DNA of 64,000 nt from an uncultured delta proteobacterium (lineage in GTDB: Bacteria > Desulfobacterota > Desulfobacteria > Desulfobacterales > SG8-13): positions 806,001 through 870,000 of the forward strand of contig CAWKCK010000003.1 of NCBI GenBank assembly GCA_963848135.1. The letters run 5' to 3'. Below, in pieces: positions 53,241-63,284 of the stretch; position 1 is the stretch's first letter, and each line of letters begins with the position of its first letter. The translations under genes were made by a program, and so were the position numbers. Under the pieces are notes generated by a model. The model did no database searches. It saw nothing but the letters and a program-made list of their open reading frames with translations, and was not told the DNA's origin.

Positions 53241-53363
53241 TTTCCGATCGCTTGTATCTAAAATCACCCGAACGGTCAAGACCTTGACGGCTAAAATTTA
53301 TCATTGCAAAAAACAGTCAGAACTTATATCCGTTGGTAACACTGTCCCATTCGGAGTATGCAT

Positions 53364-53771
53364 ATGCAACCACAAGCCGCAGCCGGATTATCCCCCTGGG
53401 AGCCCGGCGTCTTCAGCCTGATCATCTATTTTCTCCTCATATTGGTGGTGATTGGTGTTATGCTGTTGCTCTCTTCTTGGCTTGGAGAGAAAAAACCGAA
53501 TCCGGAGAAGTTGCGGGCCTATGAAAGCGGGATCATACCCACCGGCTCTGCCCGGCTCAAATATCCGGTGCCTTTCTTTCTCGTGGCCATCTTCTTTCTT
53601 ATATTTGACGTCGAAGGGGCCTTTATATTTGCCTGGGCCGTTGCCTGGGAAGACTTGGGCTGGACGGGCTGGCTGCAGATATCGTTTTTTATCATCGTTC
53701 TCCTTTTGGGACTTGTTTACATTTGGCGGAAGAAAGGGCTGGAGTGGGGTCCGAAAGCGAAAAACGGATAA
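53364..53771 (+). CDS. nuoA: NADH:quinone oxidoreductase subunit A
   Basis: [26 protein letters not shown]. Confidence 0.93.
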   Translation: MQPQAAAGLSPWEPGVFSLIIYFLLILVVIGVMLLLSSWLGEKKPNPEKLRAYESGIIPTGSARLKYPVPFFLVAIFFLIFDVEGAFIFAWAVAWEDLGWTGWLQISFFIIVLLLGLVYIWRKKGLEWGPKAKNG

Positions 53772-56134
53772 ACAACCGTCTGATAAATACCACCGATTAC
53801 CTGATCAACTGGTCACGCCAATATAGTCTCTGGCCCATGTTCTTCGGGCTTTCGTGTTGTTTTGTCGAAGAAGCGACGGTGTTTACCGCCCGCTACGATC
53901 TGGCCCGCTTCGGTGCCGAAGTCCTGCGACCCTCCCCGCGTCAAGCGGATTTATTGATTACCTCCGGTACGATATTTAAAAAAGTTGCCCCCGTCGTTTT
54001 GCGGCTTTACGAACAAATGGCCGAGCCCAAGTGGGTCATATCGATGGGGTCCTGTTCCAACTGCGGTGGGATGTATGATGGTTACAGCGTGGTGCAAGGG
54101 ATCGATCAAATTCTGCCGGTAGATTTATATATCCCCGGCTGTCCGCCACGGCCGGAGGCTGTGGAACAGGGGCTCGTCCTTTTACAGCAGAAAATCATGG
54201 CCGAAGAACGTCCGACACGTGCCATCTTCCGCCTAACCGGGGGTGTGCAGGGGACGATGGCACCGATTCTGGTAGATGGGGAGACCAAGTCCCGCGATCC
54301 CCGGGGGCCGGGGATGTCCGCAACGGCCATCCGCGGGACATCCGTTGTTCCTCCGGGATTCCACGGCTCTCGATCCGATCTGATGTGGACGCCGCCACCG
54401 CGGCGAATCGAACTCGGGTCCTCCGAAACGAATCTTGCCGCTGAACTTCAGGGCACATTCGGCGATGCGGTCCGGCAGGAACCGGAGACGGCGGACATGC
54501 TGTCGCTGCGGGTGGATCGAAAACACATCAAAGATGTGTTGTATCATCTGAAAACCGCTGCGAAAGTCCGCTACCAGCGCCTTGAGGATTTGACGGCTGT
54601 TGACGAATCCGCGCGTCGCGACCGCCCCATGCAGAATGATTACACCCTGGTATACCATCTTCTGTCTTTCGATGGACCGAGCCGGCTGCGCCTGAAAGTC
54701 CCGCTGCTGGCTTCAGATCCGCTCATCGACAGTATTACCGACATATGGCCCTCGGCCAACTGGTACGAACGTGAGGTTTTCGACATGTTCGGGGTGCGGT
54801 TTACCGGCCACCCGAATCTGAAACGGTTGCTCATGCCCGAGAACTGGACGGGGCATCCGCTGCGAAAGAGCCACCCCGGCCGGGCCACCGAATTGCCACC
54901 GTATACCCTTGAAGACGCCCGCAAACTTCAGCCGTTGGATGGCGGCGAATACTTCAAAGAGGACAGCACGGCCCAACACCTCATCCTGAACATCGGACCC
55001 CATCATGTCAGCACCCATGGGTTGCTACGCTACATCGTTGCCCTGGACGGGGAAGAAATCACCGGTCTGGACATGGACATCGGCTACCATCACCGTTCGG
55101 TGGAAAAAATCGGCGAGCGCCAGACATGGCACCAGTTCATACCCTACACCGATCGCGTCGATTACCTGGCCGGCGCCGCCAATAATCTGCCTTATGTCAT
55201 GGCGGTGGAGACTCTGGCCGGGATCGAGGTGCCCACGCGGGCGCAATACATCCGGGTGTTGCTGTGTGAGCTGTTCCGGTTGAGTAACCACCTGGTCTGG
55301 TTTGCGACGTATGCCCACGATGTCGGCGCTATGACGCCCAATTTTTATACTTTTCGTGAACGGGAGATGATCCTTGATATCGTAGAGCTCATCACCGGCG
55401 GCAGGCTGCACCCGTCCTGGTTACGCTTGGGTGGCGTGGCCGCCGATCTGCCGGAAGGCTGGCAGGAAGCCGTAGCGGCTTTTGTGCGGGTTTTTCCCCA
55501 ACGACTTCAGGAATACGAAGCGCTGATCCGCAAGAACCCGATTTTTAAGGCACGGACGTTAGGAATCGGGCGGATTTCACTGGAAGAGGCCATCGACTGG
55601 GGGGTCAGCGGCCCCAATCTGAGAGCCTGCGGTCTCGAATGGGATTTGCGCAAAAAATTTCCCTATTCCAGTTACCAGGATTTCGACTTTGAGGTGCCTA
55701 CCGCCACTGACGGCGATTGCTATGCCCGTTACCTGGTGCGGGTCGAGGAAATGCGCCAGAGTCTGAAGATAATCGAGCAGGTTATCCAGAGGATACCGGG
55801 CGGGCGCACCATCACCGACGATTACCGCTATGTGATCCCGAAGCGTGCAGACATGCTCACCGACATAGAGAGTCTCATCCACCATTTTATAAACGTCACC
55901 CGCGGACCCAAGATCCCGCAAGGAGAGGCGTATGCCTCCTGCGAGATCCCACGCGGGGAGCAGGGTTACTATGTGGTTAGCGATGGAATCGGCTACCCCT
56001 ACCGTTTGCGCATCCGGTCGCCCGGTTTTGCCAATGTGCAGGTGATGCCCTTGTTGAGTGTCGGCGAGACCATTGCCGATCTGATCACAATAATCGGTTC
56101 GGTAGACTATATTCTGCCGGACATCGACCGGTGA
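53744..56134 (+). CDS. nuoBCD: Fused NADH:quinone oxidoreductase subunits B-C-D
   Basis: Nuo[28 protein letters not shown]; Nuo[18 protein letters not shown]; NuoD: GPHH..THG, GYHHR, DRVDY, PDIDR; one uninterrupted frame. Start (GTG) uncertain. Confidence 0.92.
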   Translation: MGSESEKRINNRLINTTDYLINWSRQYSLWPMFFGLSCCFVEEATVFTARYDLARFGAEVLRPSPRQADLLITSGTIFKKVAPVVLRLYEQMAEPKWVISMGSCSNCGGMYDGYSVVQGIDQILPVDLYIPGCPPRPEAVEQGLVLLQQKIMAEERPTRAIFRLTGGVQGTMAPILVDGETKSRDPRGPGMSATAIRGTSVVPPGFHGSRSDLMWTPPPRRIELGSSETNLAAELQGTFGDAVRQEPETADMLSLRVDRKHIKDVLYHLKTAAKVRYQRLEDLTAVDESARRDRPMQNDYTLVYHLLSFDGPSRLRLKVPLLASDPLIDSITDIWPSANWYEREVFDMFGVRFTGHPNLKRLLMPENWTGHPLRKSHPGRATELPPYTLEDARKLQPLDGGEYFKEDSTAQHLILNIGPHHVSTHGLLRYIVALDGEEITGLDMDIGYHHRSVEKIGERQTWHQFIPYTDRVDYLAGAANNLPYVMAVETLAGIEVPTRAQYIRVLLCELFRLSNHLVWFATYAHDVGAMTPNFYTFREREMILDIVELITGGRLHPSWLRLGGVAADLPEGWQEAVAAFVRVFPQRLQEYEALIRKNPIFKARTLGIGRISLEEAIDWGVSGPNLRACGLEWDLRKKFPYSSYQDFDFEVPTATDGDCYARYLVRVEEMRQSLKIIEQVIQRIPGGRTITDDYRYVIPKRADMLTDIESLIHHFINVTRGPKIPQGEAYASCEIPRGEQGYYVVSDGIGYPYRLRIRSPGFANVQVMPLLSVGETIADLITIIGSVDYILPDIDR

Positions 56135-56241
56135 GGTTAAGCCGTGAAGAAAATTATCTCAATGAGGTTTTTTAGCACCTGTTAACCAGAAGCGATTTTT
56201 AATACGTATAGCGGTATTTGAACACAAACTCGATCGGGCCC

Positions 56242-56715
56242 ATGTCGACAATAGAACTTCTAAAAGAACTCGAACAACAGATCGGTGCAGCGGATCATCC
56301 GCGGGAGCTGGCGGTGGACGTGATGTTCGCACTGCAGGAGCAATACGGCTACCTAAGCGATGTCGCACTGGAAGAAGCGGCCGGACTACTGGGGATGTCA
56401 CCGCTGGAGGTTGAGGAACTGGCCACGTTTTACACGTTTATCTACCGCCGGCCAGTCGGAAAATATGTCATTCATCTTTGCGACAGCCTCATCTGCTGGA
56501 TGGACGGGTACATCCCCATCCGCGACTATCTGACCCGTAAATTGGGCATTGAGATGGGCGAAACCACCGCCGACGGTTTATTTACGCTTTTGCCGGTTTG
56601 CTGTATCGGATACTGCGACCGATCCCCGGCCATGTTGATCAATAAAAAGGTTTACGGGCCGCTGACCACAGAGAAGATTGATACCATTCTGGCAGAATTG
56701 AAATCAAACGATTGA
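56242..56715 (+). CDS. nuoE: NADH:quinone oxidoreductase subunit E
   Basis: ATFY, CDSLIC, CIGYC 2Fe-2S ligands. Confidence 0.92.
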   Translation: MSTIELLKELEQQIGAADHPRELAVDVMFALQEQYGYLSDVALEEAAGLLGMSPLEVEELATFYTFIYRRPVGKYVIHLCDSLICWMDGYIPIRDYLTRKLGIEMGETTADGLFTLLPVCCIGYCDRSPAMLINKKVYGPLTTEKIDTILAELKSND

Positions 56716-56820
56716 ATCACTGCCGAGGTTCAAGCGGCAGGGCGGGTACATACACGTAGGTAAGAACAGTAAGTTAACGATTTGCCATCGTCGATGGTGA
56801 ACGCAGACAACCGACTCAAT

Positions 56821-58095
56821 ATGGCGACAGACTATCCCCAGATCTTATTTCAGAATCGTAAACCGGATCGGATTGCCACCATCGACGAATACCGTCGCAG
56901 CGGCGGCTATCAGGCGCTGACGGACATTATGCAGCAGCGGTCCCATGCGGCGGTCAAAAAGCAGATCCTCGATGCGGTGCTGCTGGGCCGCGGTGGTGCA
57001 GCTTTTCCGGCCGGAATGAAGATGGAGACCATTAATGACGCGGCACCGTTTCCACGCTATATGATCTGCAATGCGGATGAAATGGAACCGGGAACCTTCA
57101 AAGACCGGGTATTGATTCATACCGATCCGCACATGCTCATCGAGGGGATGATAATTGCCGCCTACGGGGTATTGGCGGAAAAAGGAATCATATTTATCCG
57201 TCCTGAATATGAAAGTGCAGCCAGAATCCTGGAAAGGGAGATTGAAGTTGCCGAAAAAGCCGGCTTTTTAGGTGCGAACATACTCGGCAGTGACTTTTCC
57301 ATGGAAATTATCGTCCATCGCAGCGGCGGACGATACATTTGCGGCGAGGTGACAGCCCAGCTGAACGCATTGATGGGCAAACGACCGAATCCCAAACAGC
57401 CACCGCCTTACCCCACAGAGAAAGGGCTGTGGGACCAGCCGACCCTGCTCAATAACGTTGAGACACTGGCCTGTGTGCCGCATATTATACGCCATGGACC
57501 GGAGTGGTTCAAGAATCTGGGGCTGACCGAATCCGCCGCCGGGACAAAGATCTTTTGTGTCAGTGGCCGCATCAACCGGCCGGGCTGTTATGAACTTCCT
57601 CTCGGCGTGCGTCTGAGCGAAATCGTCGAAGTTCATGCCGGCGGCATTCGGAACGGGGCTGAATTCAAGGCCTGCCTGCCAGGTGGGGCGTCCACCCGAT
57701 TCATGCCGAAACAGTTCTACGACATTGAAATGGATTTTGAAACCCTTAAGGCAGAAGGCCACCGGCTGGGAACCGGGGCTGTCATGATTTTCGATCATAC
57801 CAACTGCATGGTGGCGGCGACGCTGAACCTGATTGAATTTTTTGCCCGGGAGTCCTGCGGCTGGTGTACGCCCTGCCGGGAGGGATTGCCCTACATCAGG
57901 GACCTGTTGCAGAGGATAGAGACCGGCCAAGGGGAGGAAGAATTTATCCCCATGCTGGAACGCATGAGTCAGCATTTATGGAACGCCTACTGTGCGTTTG
58001 CTCCCGGTGCTGCGGCGCCCCTGGAGAGTCTTTTAACCTATTTCAAAGACGAAGTAAGGGAACACATCGTAAGGAAAAAATGTCCGTTTCAATAA
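56821..58095 (+). CDS. nuoF: NADH:quinone oxidoreductase subunit F (FMN), altered nucleotide pocket
   Basis: GRGGAAF, NADEMEPGTFKDR, YICGEVT, NNVET, ESCGWCTPCREG, CAF. Confidence 0.93.
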   Translation: MATDYPQILFQNRKPDRIATIDEYRRSGGYQALTDIMQQRSHAAVKKQILDAVLLGRGGAAFPAGMKMETINDAAPFPRYMICNADEMEPGTFKDRVLIHTDPHMLIEGMIIAAYGVLAEKGIIFIRPEYESAARILEREIEVAEKAGFLGANILGSDFSMEIIVHRSGGRYICGEVTAQLNALMGKRPNPKQPPPYPTEKGLWDQPTLLNNVETLACVPHIIRHGPEWFKNLGLTESAAGTKIFCVSGRINRPGCYELPLGVRLSEIVEVHAGGIRNGAEFKACLPGGASTRFMPKQFYDIEMDFETLKAEGHRLGTGAVMIFDHTNCMVAATLNLIEFFARESCGWCTPCREGLPYIRDLLQRIETGQGEEEFIPMLERMSQHLWNAYCAFAPGAAAPLESLLTYFKDEVREHIVRKKCPFQ

Positions 58096-58173
58096 ACCAA
58101 TTATTGGCGGGGTTATCGGGCGAGTCAGACTTTAGAGCACTGAAGAAGTTAAACCTCGGCAGAACGACATCAT

Positions 58174-60672
58174 ATGCCTAAACTGATCATCGACAACCAG
58201 GAACTTGAGGTGCCAACCGGAACGAAGGTCATCGATGCCGCAGAAAAGATCGGTATCATGATTCCGCGGTTTTGTTACCATCCAGCGCTTGGATCGGTGG
58301 GTGCCTGCCGTGTTTGCGCCGTCAAATTTTTGCAGGGGCCGATCAAAGGCGTGCAGATGAGCTGCATGATCGATGCCGCCGACGACATGGTGGTTTCGAC
58401 GACCGATGAAGAGGCCGTCGATTTCCGCCGTCACGTCATCGAGTGGCTGATGCTGCATCATCCCCACGACTGCCCGGTTTGCGATGAGGGCGGGCATTGC
58501 CTGCTTCAGGACATGACAGTGTCTGGCGGCCACGGGATCCGGCGCTATCCCGGGAAAAAGCGCACCCATCACGATCAGTATCTCGGCCCCCTGGTTCAGC
58601 ATGAAATGAACCGCTGCATCCAGTGCTACCGTTGTTCCCGTTACTACCAGGAATTCTGCGGATACCAGGACTTGGGTGTCATGGGGATTGGTCATCGCGT
58701 TTACTTCGGCCGTAAAAATGACGGAACCCTGGAAAGCCCGTTTGCCGGCAACCTTACCGATATCTGCCCGACAGGTGTATATACCGATAAGCCCTCGCGA
58801 TTTTTCGGGCGGCGGTGGGATTACGAACGCAGCCCGTCCCTTTGTCTGAATTGCTCCCTAGGCTGTCACACGGTTGTCAGTGCCCGCTATCGGACAATCG
58901 TGCGTCAGGAGGCCCGCCACAGCCCGGCCGTCAACGGATATTTTATCTGTGACAGGGGGCGTTACGGATTTTCCTATGCATCTTTGCCCGATCGGCCCCG
59001 ACGTGCGGCCATCGAAGGAAAGCCAGTTTCGGTCCAGGAGGCCTTGAACCAGGCCGTCAAGCGGATATCCGATATTTCCATGCATTCGGGTGCGAGTGCC
59101 GTTGCATGCGCCGGTTCTTCCCGCAGCAACCTGGAAACCTTGGCGGCACTGGACCGCCTCAGCCGGAAGATGGGCTGGCAAACACCGGTTTTCTGGATGG
59201 AGAAATCTATTGCAGATCGTGTGAAATCGGCCGCTACTGGCCTTGAGACCGATTCGGCCGTCTCCTTGCAGGCGGTTTCGCAGGCCGATATGATTTTGGT
59301 CGTGGGTACCGATCCGATCAATGAGGCGCCCATGCTGGCTCTGGCCCTGCGTCAGGCGCAAAGGCGGGGGGCCCGGGTGGTGGTTCTCGATCCCCGACCG
59401 GTGTCACTGCCGTTCGAATTTCAGCACCTACCGCTGAACCTCGAAGAGATTGACCTGTGTCTGGGAGTGTTGATCAAAAAGACCGTCGAACATGGTGCCG
59501 CCGAAAAAAGGGGTCCGGAAGCCCTTGCGTTTTTGGATGCGATTCAGGAGACACCGCTCTGGGGTATTGATCAGATCGATGCCATCGCCGCAGACTTGAA
59601 GAGCAGTCGGCGGCCCCTCATTGTCTGCGGCACCGATACCGTGACAAATTTCACGCCGGTCCTGGCTGCCGATGCGATCTTGCTGCTGCAGTCGGATAGC
59701 AGAAAGGCCGGTCTTTTTTATGTGCTGCCGGGGCCCAATGCCTTTGGGGCAGCCCTGATAGACCGCAGCGCAGGAGCCTTTGACACGGTGGTCAGTGGAA
59801 TCGAGAAGGGCAACATCAAGGCGCTGGTCTTGGTCGAGTGTGATCCTGTGCGCAATTTTTCAGACCGGGGGCGTCTCGAGCGTGCGCTGGCATCCCTCGA
59901 TCTTCTGGTCGTTCTCGACTATCTGGATAACGGTTCCGTGCAGCAGGCCCATATATTTTTGCCCACGACCACACTTTATGAATCGGGCGGGCTTTTCATC
60001 AACCAGGAGGGCCGGATGCAGGCGGTACCGTCAGCCTACTGCGGTGGTTATCCCATCGCAGAGACCGGTGGGGGCGATCATCCGCCGCGCGACTACGGGG
60101 CCGGTCTGCCGGGCGCCGATCCCGCCGAGGCCGGACAGCTGTTAGCTGCCATTGCGCGTTTCGAAGAACCGGACGGAGAAGAAACGATCACTCGCTCAAC
60201 CCTGCAAACCTGGTTGGCCGAAACCCTGTCGTTAGGGGAAGAATTCATGCCGAACATGACGCTACCTGATGACGGAATTCGGTTGGAAGCGGCCGTCGGC
60301 ACGGCCAGGCGATTTTCCCTTGACTGGTCAGCGGTGGTGGGCCGAAGCCGATCGGGTGAAAAATTCCTGCAACTTCTGACGGTCGAAAGAACCTTCGGCA
60401 CAGAAGAATTGTCATCCTGCTCGCCGCACCTGGAGACCCTCACGTCTGATGCCCGTCTGCTCGTACACAAAGTGGACGCCGAGCACTTGGGCCTCGAAGA
60501 CGGCGATATGGTAGCGGTGACAACCGAATGCGGTTCCGTAAAAGTAAGAGCGCGTATTGAAGAGAACATGCGCGTCGGCGTGCTGGTCCTGCCGCGTCTC
60601 AAGGGAATTGATTGGCAGCAGCTGGGGACGGCACCTGTATATATCGCGCCCGAACAGATTCGAAAAATCTGA
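58174..60672 (+). CDS. nuoG: NADH:quinone oxidoreductase subunit G
   Basis: IPRFCYH, GACRVC, HPHDCPVCDEGGHC, RCIQCYRC, CLNCSLGC (N7). Confidence 0.94.
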   Translation: MPKLIIDNQELEVPTGTKVIDAAEKIGIMIPRFCYHPALGSVGACRVCAVKFLQGPIKGVQMSCMIDAADDMVVSTTDEEAVDFRRHVIEWLMLHHPHDCPVCDEGGHCLLQDMTVSGGHGIRRYPGKKRTHHDQYLGPLVQHEMNRCIQCYRCSRYYQEFCGYQDLGVMGIGHRVYFGRKNDGTLESPFAGNLTDICPTGVYTDKPSRFFGRRWDYERSPSLCLNCSLGCHTVVSARYRTIVRQEARHSPAVNGYFICDRGRYGFSYASLPDRPRRAAIEGKPVSVQEALNQAVKRISDISMHSGASAVACAGSSRSNLETLAALDRLSRKMGWQTPVFWMEKSIADRVKSAATGLETDSAVSLQAVSQADMILVVGTDPINEAPMLALALRQAQRRGARVVVLDPRPVSLPFEFQHLPLNLEEIDLCLGVLIKKTVEHGAAEKRGPEALAFLDAIQETPLWGIDQIDAIAADLKSSRRPLIVCGTDTVTNFTPVLAADAILLLQSDSRKAGLFYVLPGPNAFGAALIDRSAGAFDTVVSGIEKGNIKALVLVECDPVRNFSDRGRLERALASLDLLVVLDYLDNGSVQQAHIFLPTTTLYESGGLFINQEGRMQAVPSAYCGGYPIAETGGGDHPPRDYGAGLPGADPAEAGQLLAAIARFEEPDGEETITRSTLQTWLAETLSLGEEFMPNMTLPDDGIRLEAAVGTARRFSLDWSAVVGRSRSGEKFLQLLTVERTFGTEELSSCSPHLETLTSDARLLVHKVDAEHLGLEDGDMVAVTTECGSVKVRARIEENMRVGVLVLPRLKGIDWQQLGTAPVYIAPEQIRKI

Positions 60673-60755
60673 CCACGTGTTCCGCTTCGACAGAAGTGAA
60701 TAACCGGGTCATGCCCGAAGCGGTGCGAAGACCGTTGGCAAACGTCAATTAAACA

Positions 60756-61757
60756 ATGCTGACAGATACTATGACAACCTGGATAGCCGGTTTTATTGTT
60801 CTGATGATCAAGCTGGTCGTGGTGCTTGTTGTTCTGCTTCTCGTGGCCGCGTATCTGGTATGGGTGGAACGCAAGTTTCTGGCCAGACTGCAGATCCGTT
60901 ACGGTCCCAACCGGGCCGGAAAATTCGGGTTGCTCCAACCCATTGCCGACGCCGTCAAGCTGATCGCAAAGGAGGACACGATACCGGCCGGGGCCGATCG
61001 GGTCATATTTTTACTGGCGCCAGCCGTGGTGGCTGGTACAGCGCTCCTCATGTTCGGTGTGGTTCCATTCGGTGGAGACCTGACGCTCTGGGGACAGAAA
61101 ATCCCCCTGGTGATTTCGGACCTCAACGTGGGGCTGTTGTTCGTTTTCGCCCTATCGTCTTTAGGCGTCTACGGAGTGGCCCTGGGCGGCTGGGCCTCGA
61201 ATTCCAAATTTAGCCTGCTGGGCGGCATCCGCGGTGCGGCCCAAATGATCAGCTACGAGTTGGCCATTGGGCTCTCACTTGTTCCGGTTGTTATGCATGC
61301 CCGATCCCTGAGCCTTGTGGACATCGTCAATGCCCAGGCCGGTTATCCTTTTATATTGTTACAGCCGGTTTCTTTCGCTATTTTTTTCATCGCCGCCATG
61401 GCAGAAAGCAAGCGTATTCCGTTCGACCTGCCCGAAGCGGAAAACGAGCTAGGCGCAGGATACCACATGGAATACAGCGGTATGCGATTCGGGCTCTTCT
61501 TTTTAGGGGAATATGTCCACATGCAGGTTCTGGGCGCCCTGGTGGCGGTTTTTTTTCTGGGAGGCTGGCGTGGTCCCCTGTTACCGCCATGGATCTGGCT
61601 GCTCGCCAAGATTATCATTGTGTCTTTGATCATGATCTGGATCCGGGGGACCCTGCCGCGGTTGCGCTACGATCAGCTGATGGCCATCGGGTGGAAGATT
61701 TTGATCCCAGCAGCGTTGTTGAACATAATGATCACCGGGGCATTGATTTTGCTGTGA
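60756..61757 (+). CDS. nuoH: NADH:quinone oxidoreductase subunit H
   Basis: ERK...Q.RYGPN, GLLQPIADAVK, AQMISYE, PFDLPEAE, PRLRYDQL. Confidence 0.95.
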   Translation: MLTDTMTTWIAGFIVLMIKLVVVLVVLLLVAAYLVWVERKFLARLQIRYGPNRAGKFGLLQPIADAVKLIAKEDTIPAGADRVIFLLAPAVVAGTALLMFGVVPFGGDLTLWGQKIPLVISDLNVGLLFVFALSSLGVYGVALGGWASNSKFSLLGGIRGAAQMISYELAIGLSLVPVVMHARSLSLVDIVNAQAGYPFILLQPVSFAIFFIAAMAESKRIPFDLPEAENELGAGYHMEYSGMRFGLFFLGEYVHMQVLGALVAVFFLGGWRGPLLPPWIWLLAKIIIVSLIMIWIRGTLPRLRYDQLMAIGWKILIPAALLNIMITGALILL

Positions 61758-61853
61758 TCATCGCGTAATCATTATAAATATAATATCATTATCACGTTTT
61801 CGAGAAAATTCGTACATCCGGAAAGTCTACCGGAAAGGAGATAGTCTTAATCG

Positions 61854-62390
61854 ATGGCATCCGTATGGGAGGCAATAGCTGCGTTGGCAGCCGGTTTTGC
61901 GACCACGTTCAAGCACCTGTTTCGCAAACCGATTACCGAGTCGTACCCGGAATTCAAACGCGCCTTGCCGGCGCGCAGCAGAGCCCGGATCGTTCTCACT
62001 CGGGATCCGGACGGGGCTGAACGTTGTGTGGCCTGCTATCTTTGTTCGGCAGTCTGCCCGGTCAGTTGCATTTCCATGCAGTCGGCCGAAAAAGAGGATG
62101 GCCGCCGCTTCGCCACCTGGTTCCGGATCAACTTTGCGCGCTGTATTTATTGCGGCCTGTGCGAAGAAGCCTGTCCGACATCGGCTATCCAGCTGACGCC
62201 GGATTTCGAAAACTGCCGACGCGATATTTTGACCCTGGTCTTCGAGAAAGAAGACCTTCTGGTTGATTCCTGCGGGAAGGACACCGAATACAATTTTTAT
62301 AAATACGCTGGAATTACCACAGCTCTCGGCGGAAAAGGAACCCATGCAAAGGAAGAACTGCCAGTGGATGTGAAAAGCAATATGCCCTAA
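61854..62390 (+). CDS. nuoI: NADH:quinone oxidoreductase subunit I
   Basis: CVACYLCSAVCP and CIYCGLCEEACP. Confidence 0.95.
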   Translation: MASVWEAIAALAAGFATTFKHLFRKPITESYPEFKRALPARSRARIVLTRDPDGAERCVACYLCSAVCPVSCISMQSAEKEDGRRFATWFRINFARCIYCGLCEEACPTSAIQLTPDFENCRRDILTLVFEKEDLLVDSCGKDTEYNFYKYAGITTALGGKGTHAKEELPVDVKSNMP

Positions 62391-62450
62391 AAGGCTGCTT
62401 TACCCGAAAATTTCATCACTCAGAAGATACATTACAGCGGCAATGAGGCC

Positions 62451-62978
62451 ATGACTCTCAGCGCAATTCTATTTTACATCTTATCGGCTATTATACTTGC
62501 GGCAACCGTGCTGGCGGTGACGCGACGCAATCTGGTGCATGCCGTGGTGTATCTGGTCATTTCCTTCTTCGGCAGTGCGCTGCTATTTTATCTCTTCGGA
62601 GCCCCGATGCTGGCGGCCCTGGAGGTCATCATCTACGCCGGGGCCATTATGGTGTTGTTTCTTTTTATCATCATGATGCTCAGGGAGGGACAGTTTAAGG
62701 AAGAGATGTTTCCGCTCGGTCAGTGGCTGCCGGCAGCGGCGATGGCGACGGTTTATATTTTCGTCGGGGCCGTTCTGGTTTACACCGACCCCACCGGCCG
62801 GGAGGTCTTGGTCAGTGCCGTGGCGACGCCGCAAGCGTTCGGTCGCTATGTTTTTGAGAATCACTGGCTGGCAATTGAACTGGTTTCCCTTTTGCTGCTG
62901 ATCGCTCTGGTTGGTGCCTTATATCTGGGCAAATCGTCACCGCACCGTCAACCCCCTGAAAGCAGGAAAGAAACATGA
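62451..62978 (+). CDS. nuoJ: NADH:quinone oxidoreductase subunit J
   Basis: NLVHAV, IYAGAIMVLFLF, IELVSLLLLIALVGA. Confidence 0.93.
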   Translation: MTLSAILFYILSAIILAATVLAVTRRNLVHAVVYLVISFFGSALLFYLFGAPMLAALEVIIYAGAIMVLFLFIIMMLREGQFKEEMFPLGQWLPAAAMATVYIFVGAVLVYTDPTGREVLVSAVATPQAFGRYVFENHWLAIELVSLLLLIALVGALYLGKSSPHRQPPESRKET

Positions 62979-63277
62979 TCGTACCCTTCGGACACGTTCT
63001 TTTCCTGGCCGGCATTCTTTTTATGGTCGGAATGGTATGTGCGGTGGCCCGCAGAAATCTGGTCATGATCTTGCTGGGCGTCGAGATAATGCTCAACGCG
63101 GCCACCATCGCTTTTATCGGCGCCTCTTTACGCTGGCAGGAAATGGAAGGTCAGGTATTTGTCCTCTTCATATTTGCCGTGGCTGCCGCGGAAGTGTCGG
63201 TCGGACTGGCACTCATCATTAGTGCTTACAGGCGGACAGGCTCCATTGATCCAAACAATTACAACCTGCTGAAGTGA
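62975..63277 (+). CDS. nuoK: NADH:quinone oxidoreductase subunit K
   Basis: RRNL...VEIMLNA, GQVF, AAAEVSVGLAL. Confidence 0.94.
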   Translation: MIVPFGHVLFLAGILFMVGMVCAVARRNLVMILLGVEIMLNAATIAFIGASLRWQEMEGQVFVLFIFAVAAAEVSVGLALIISAYRRTGSIDPNNYNLLK

Positions 63278-63284
63278 ATTATAT

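Noticed and set aside
53275..53288. Palindrome GTCAAG-AC-CTTGAC as an operator
   Set aside because: Can be explained by back-to-back TTGAC -35-like elements in a divergent promoter region; no second copy seen.
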